Source: Actinomycetes bacterium (GTDB taxonomy: Bacteria; Actinomycetota; Acidimicrobiia; Acidimicrobiales; Bog-793). Taken from it: 64,000 nt of DNA. Each line of letters opens with the position of its first letter. Positions within the stretch are counted from its first letter, which is position 1. The notes beneath the pieces are model-generated. The model saw nothing but the letters and a program-made list of their open reading frames with translations. It made no database searches and was not told the DNA's origin. Of the stretch, positions 63,011 to 64,000 are shown in pieces. Position numbers and translations under genes: made by a program. The stretch covers positions 5,707 to 69,706 of the forward strand of contig JAKABW010000008.1 in the NCBI GenBank assembly GCA_021796535.1, given 5' to 3'.

Positions 63011-64000
63011 ATGACAACATCTGCACCGGAACAGGATCAAAACCGTTTAAATGCCGCCACGATAGCATATTTTTCCATGGAAATAGCCGTCAGCGATTCT
63101 CTGCCCACCTATAGCGGAGGACTCGGAGTGCTGGCCGGAGACTTTTTGCGTTCGGCCGCCGACCTGGGCTTGCCTTTCGTGGGGGTAACCCTTTTGTATC
63201 GAGACGGTTACTTTATGCAGCATGTCGACGAAAACGGCAGACAGACGGAGCGACCGGTTCAATGGTCGCCGGAATCCCTATTGGAACGCATCGACCAGAC
63301 CGTCGACATAGAAATAGGCTCCAGAACCATCTCCGTCGGTGCATGGCGCTATGTAATTACCGGGGAAACGGGACACAGGGTCCCCGTATACTTCCTGGAC
63401 ACTTCGATCATCGGAAACCATCCAGACGACCAAGAAATTACAGACCAGCTTTACGGCGGCGACCAGCGGCACAGACTGCGCCAGGAAGCGGTGCTGGGAC
63501 TGGCCGGCTCCAACATATTGCCTTTTCTCGGCCATGACAACATAGCCGTTTACCACATGAACGAAGGCCACTCTTCTTTTCTGACTCTCAACCTTTTGGA
63601 AAAAGAGATAGCTAAGAGACCGCCACAAAATCCGGAGACACAGCAAAATCCCGACAACGACAGGCCCGCCAGAGCGGACATGGCTTACGTCCGCTCCAAA
63701 TGTGTGTTTACCACGCACACCCCCGTGCCGGCCGGCCACGATAAATTTCCCCGCTACCTTCTCAGGGAAGAATTGGGAGACAACACAGAAAAGCGCTTGG
63801 ATCAGTTGGGCCTGCTGAGCAACGACGAACTAAATATGACGGTGCTGGGAATGTCGCTTTCCCATTACATAAACGCTGTTTCCCTGGAACACAAAAACGT
63901 CACCAAAGGCATGTTTCCGGAAACAGAAATTACCTCAGTTACCAACGGAGTACACGCAATCCAATGGACCGCCCCCAGCACCGCCAAACTCTTTGACCGC
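63011..64000 (+). CDS. glgP: Alpha-glucan phosphorylase family (GT35, GlgP-like), N-terminal 330 codons; continues beyond the window
   Basis: Manual translation from ATG 63011 gives MTTSAPEQDQNRLNAATIAYFSMEIAVSDSLPTYSGGLGVLAGDFLRSAADLGLPFVGVTLLYRDGYF...HMNEGHSSF...FTTHTPVPAGHD. It is missing from the ORF track because there is no stop in the window. Confidence 0.85.
   Translation, partial: MTTSAPEQDQNRLNAATIAYFSMEIAVSDSLPTYSGGLGVLAGDFLRSAADLGLPFVGVTLLYRDGYFMQHVDENGRQTERPVQWSPESLLERIDQTVDIEIGSRTISVGAWRYVITGETGHRVPVYFLDTSIIGNHPDDQEITDQLYGGDQRHRLRQEAVLGLAGSNILPFLGHDNIAVYHMNEGHSSFLTLNLLEKEIAKRPPQNPETQQNPDNDRPARADMAYVRSKCVFTTHTPVPAGHDKFPRYLLREELGDNTEKRLDQLGLLSNDELNMTVLGMSLSHYINAVSLEHKNVTKGMFPETEITSVTNGVHAIQWTAPSTAKLFDR

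Noticed and set aside
1-64000. A scan for CRISPR arrays, transposases or integrases, prophage genes, toxin-antitoxin pairs, reverse transcriptases and rRNA.
   Set aside because: I saw no regularly spaced repeats and no recognisable motifs for any of these. The tRNA-Leu flank has no integrase and no obvious direct repeat of the tRNA 3' end.

Overview
This 64-kb chromosomal window is gene-dense: about 58 CDS, 1 tRNA and 2 candidate pseudogenes. I found no CRISPR array, rRNA, transposase or integrase.

The taxon is an inference from synteny only: probably a moderate-GC, deep-branching member of the Actinobacteriota. Supporting blocks are scpA-scpB-rluB...cmk...der, gcvH/FHA (GarA/OdhI-like)/MerR (FtsR-like)/DUF151 nuclease/MerR, rimP-nusA-ylxR-infB-rbfA-truB-ribF, and an MMPL transporter.

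**Layout**
- 1-13.7 kb: housekeeping genes (der, a PDZ/radical-SAM DUF512 protein, ispH, a GT2, a cmk-plsC fusion, aroA-tyrA-aroH, rluB, scpBA, trpS, an M50 protease, a DksA/TraR protein).
- 13.7-16.6 kb: an unknown polytopic membrane protein, DUF4395 and a GNAT.
- 16.6-24 kb: an efflux/regulator island (MFS, MerR, TetR, MFS, MMPL).
- 24.1-31.4 kb: the gcvH-FHA-FtsR cluster, a fused NDP-sugar pyrophosphorylase/phosphomutase and pgsA.
- 31.4-33.7 kb: three small uncharacterised envelope proteins.
- 33.9-42 kb: the translation/transcription operon.
- 42.1-45.7 kb: an AT-richer accessory patch holding an orphan protein (about 400 aa of unknown sequence fused to a winged-helix + BTAD SARP-like module) and a GAF protein with a degenerate GGDEF domain.
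- 46-61 kb: fabI, an MFS, a lipoprotein and an ABC-transporter-dependent (Wzm/Wzt) glycan assembly locus with a WbdA-like two-domain GT4, a stand-alone coiled-coil protein, an orphan protein and an FG-GAP propeller.
- 61-64 kb: clpP, tRNA-Leu(UAG), about 1 kb of decayed coding sequence, and the start of an alpha-glucan phosphorylase.

**Most interesting items**
- the orphan SARP-like chimera
- the glycan locus with its orphan components
- a frame beside the tRNA that is interrupted only by three TGA codons
- a disrupted ylxQ-like remnant inside the nusA-infB operon
- several housekeeping proteins with unusual fusions or large low-complexity insertions

**Caveat on the ORF track.** It contains many very long ORFs that are codon-aligned antisense to real genes. 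This follows from strong avoidance of TTA/CTA/TCA codons, and I do not regard them as genes.

All calls rest on motifs read by eye from the translations. No database search was run.
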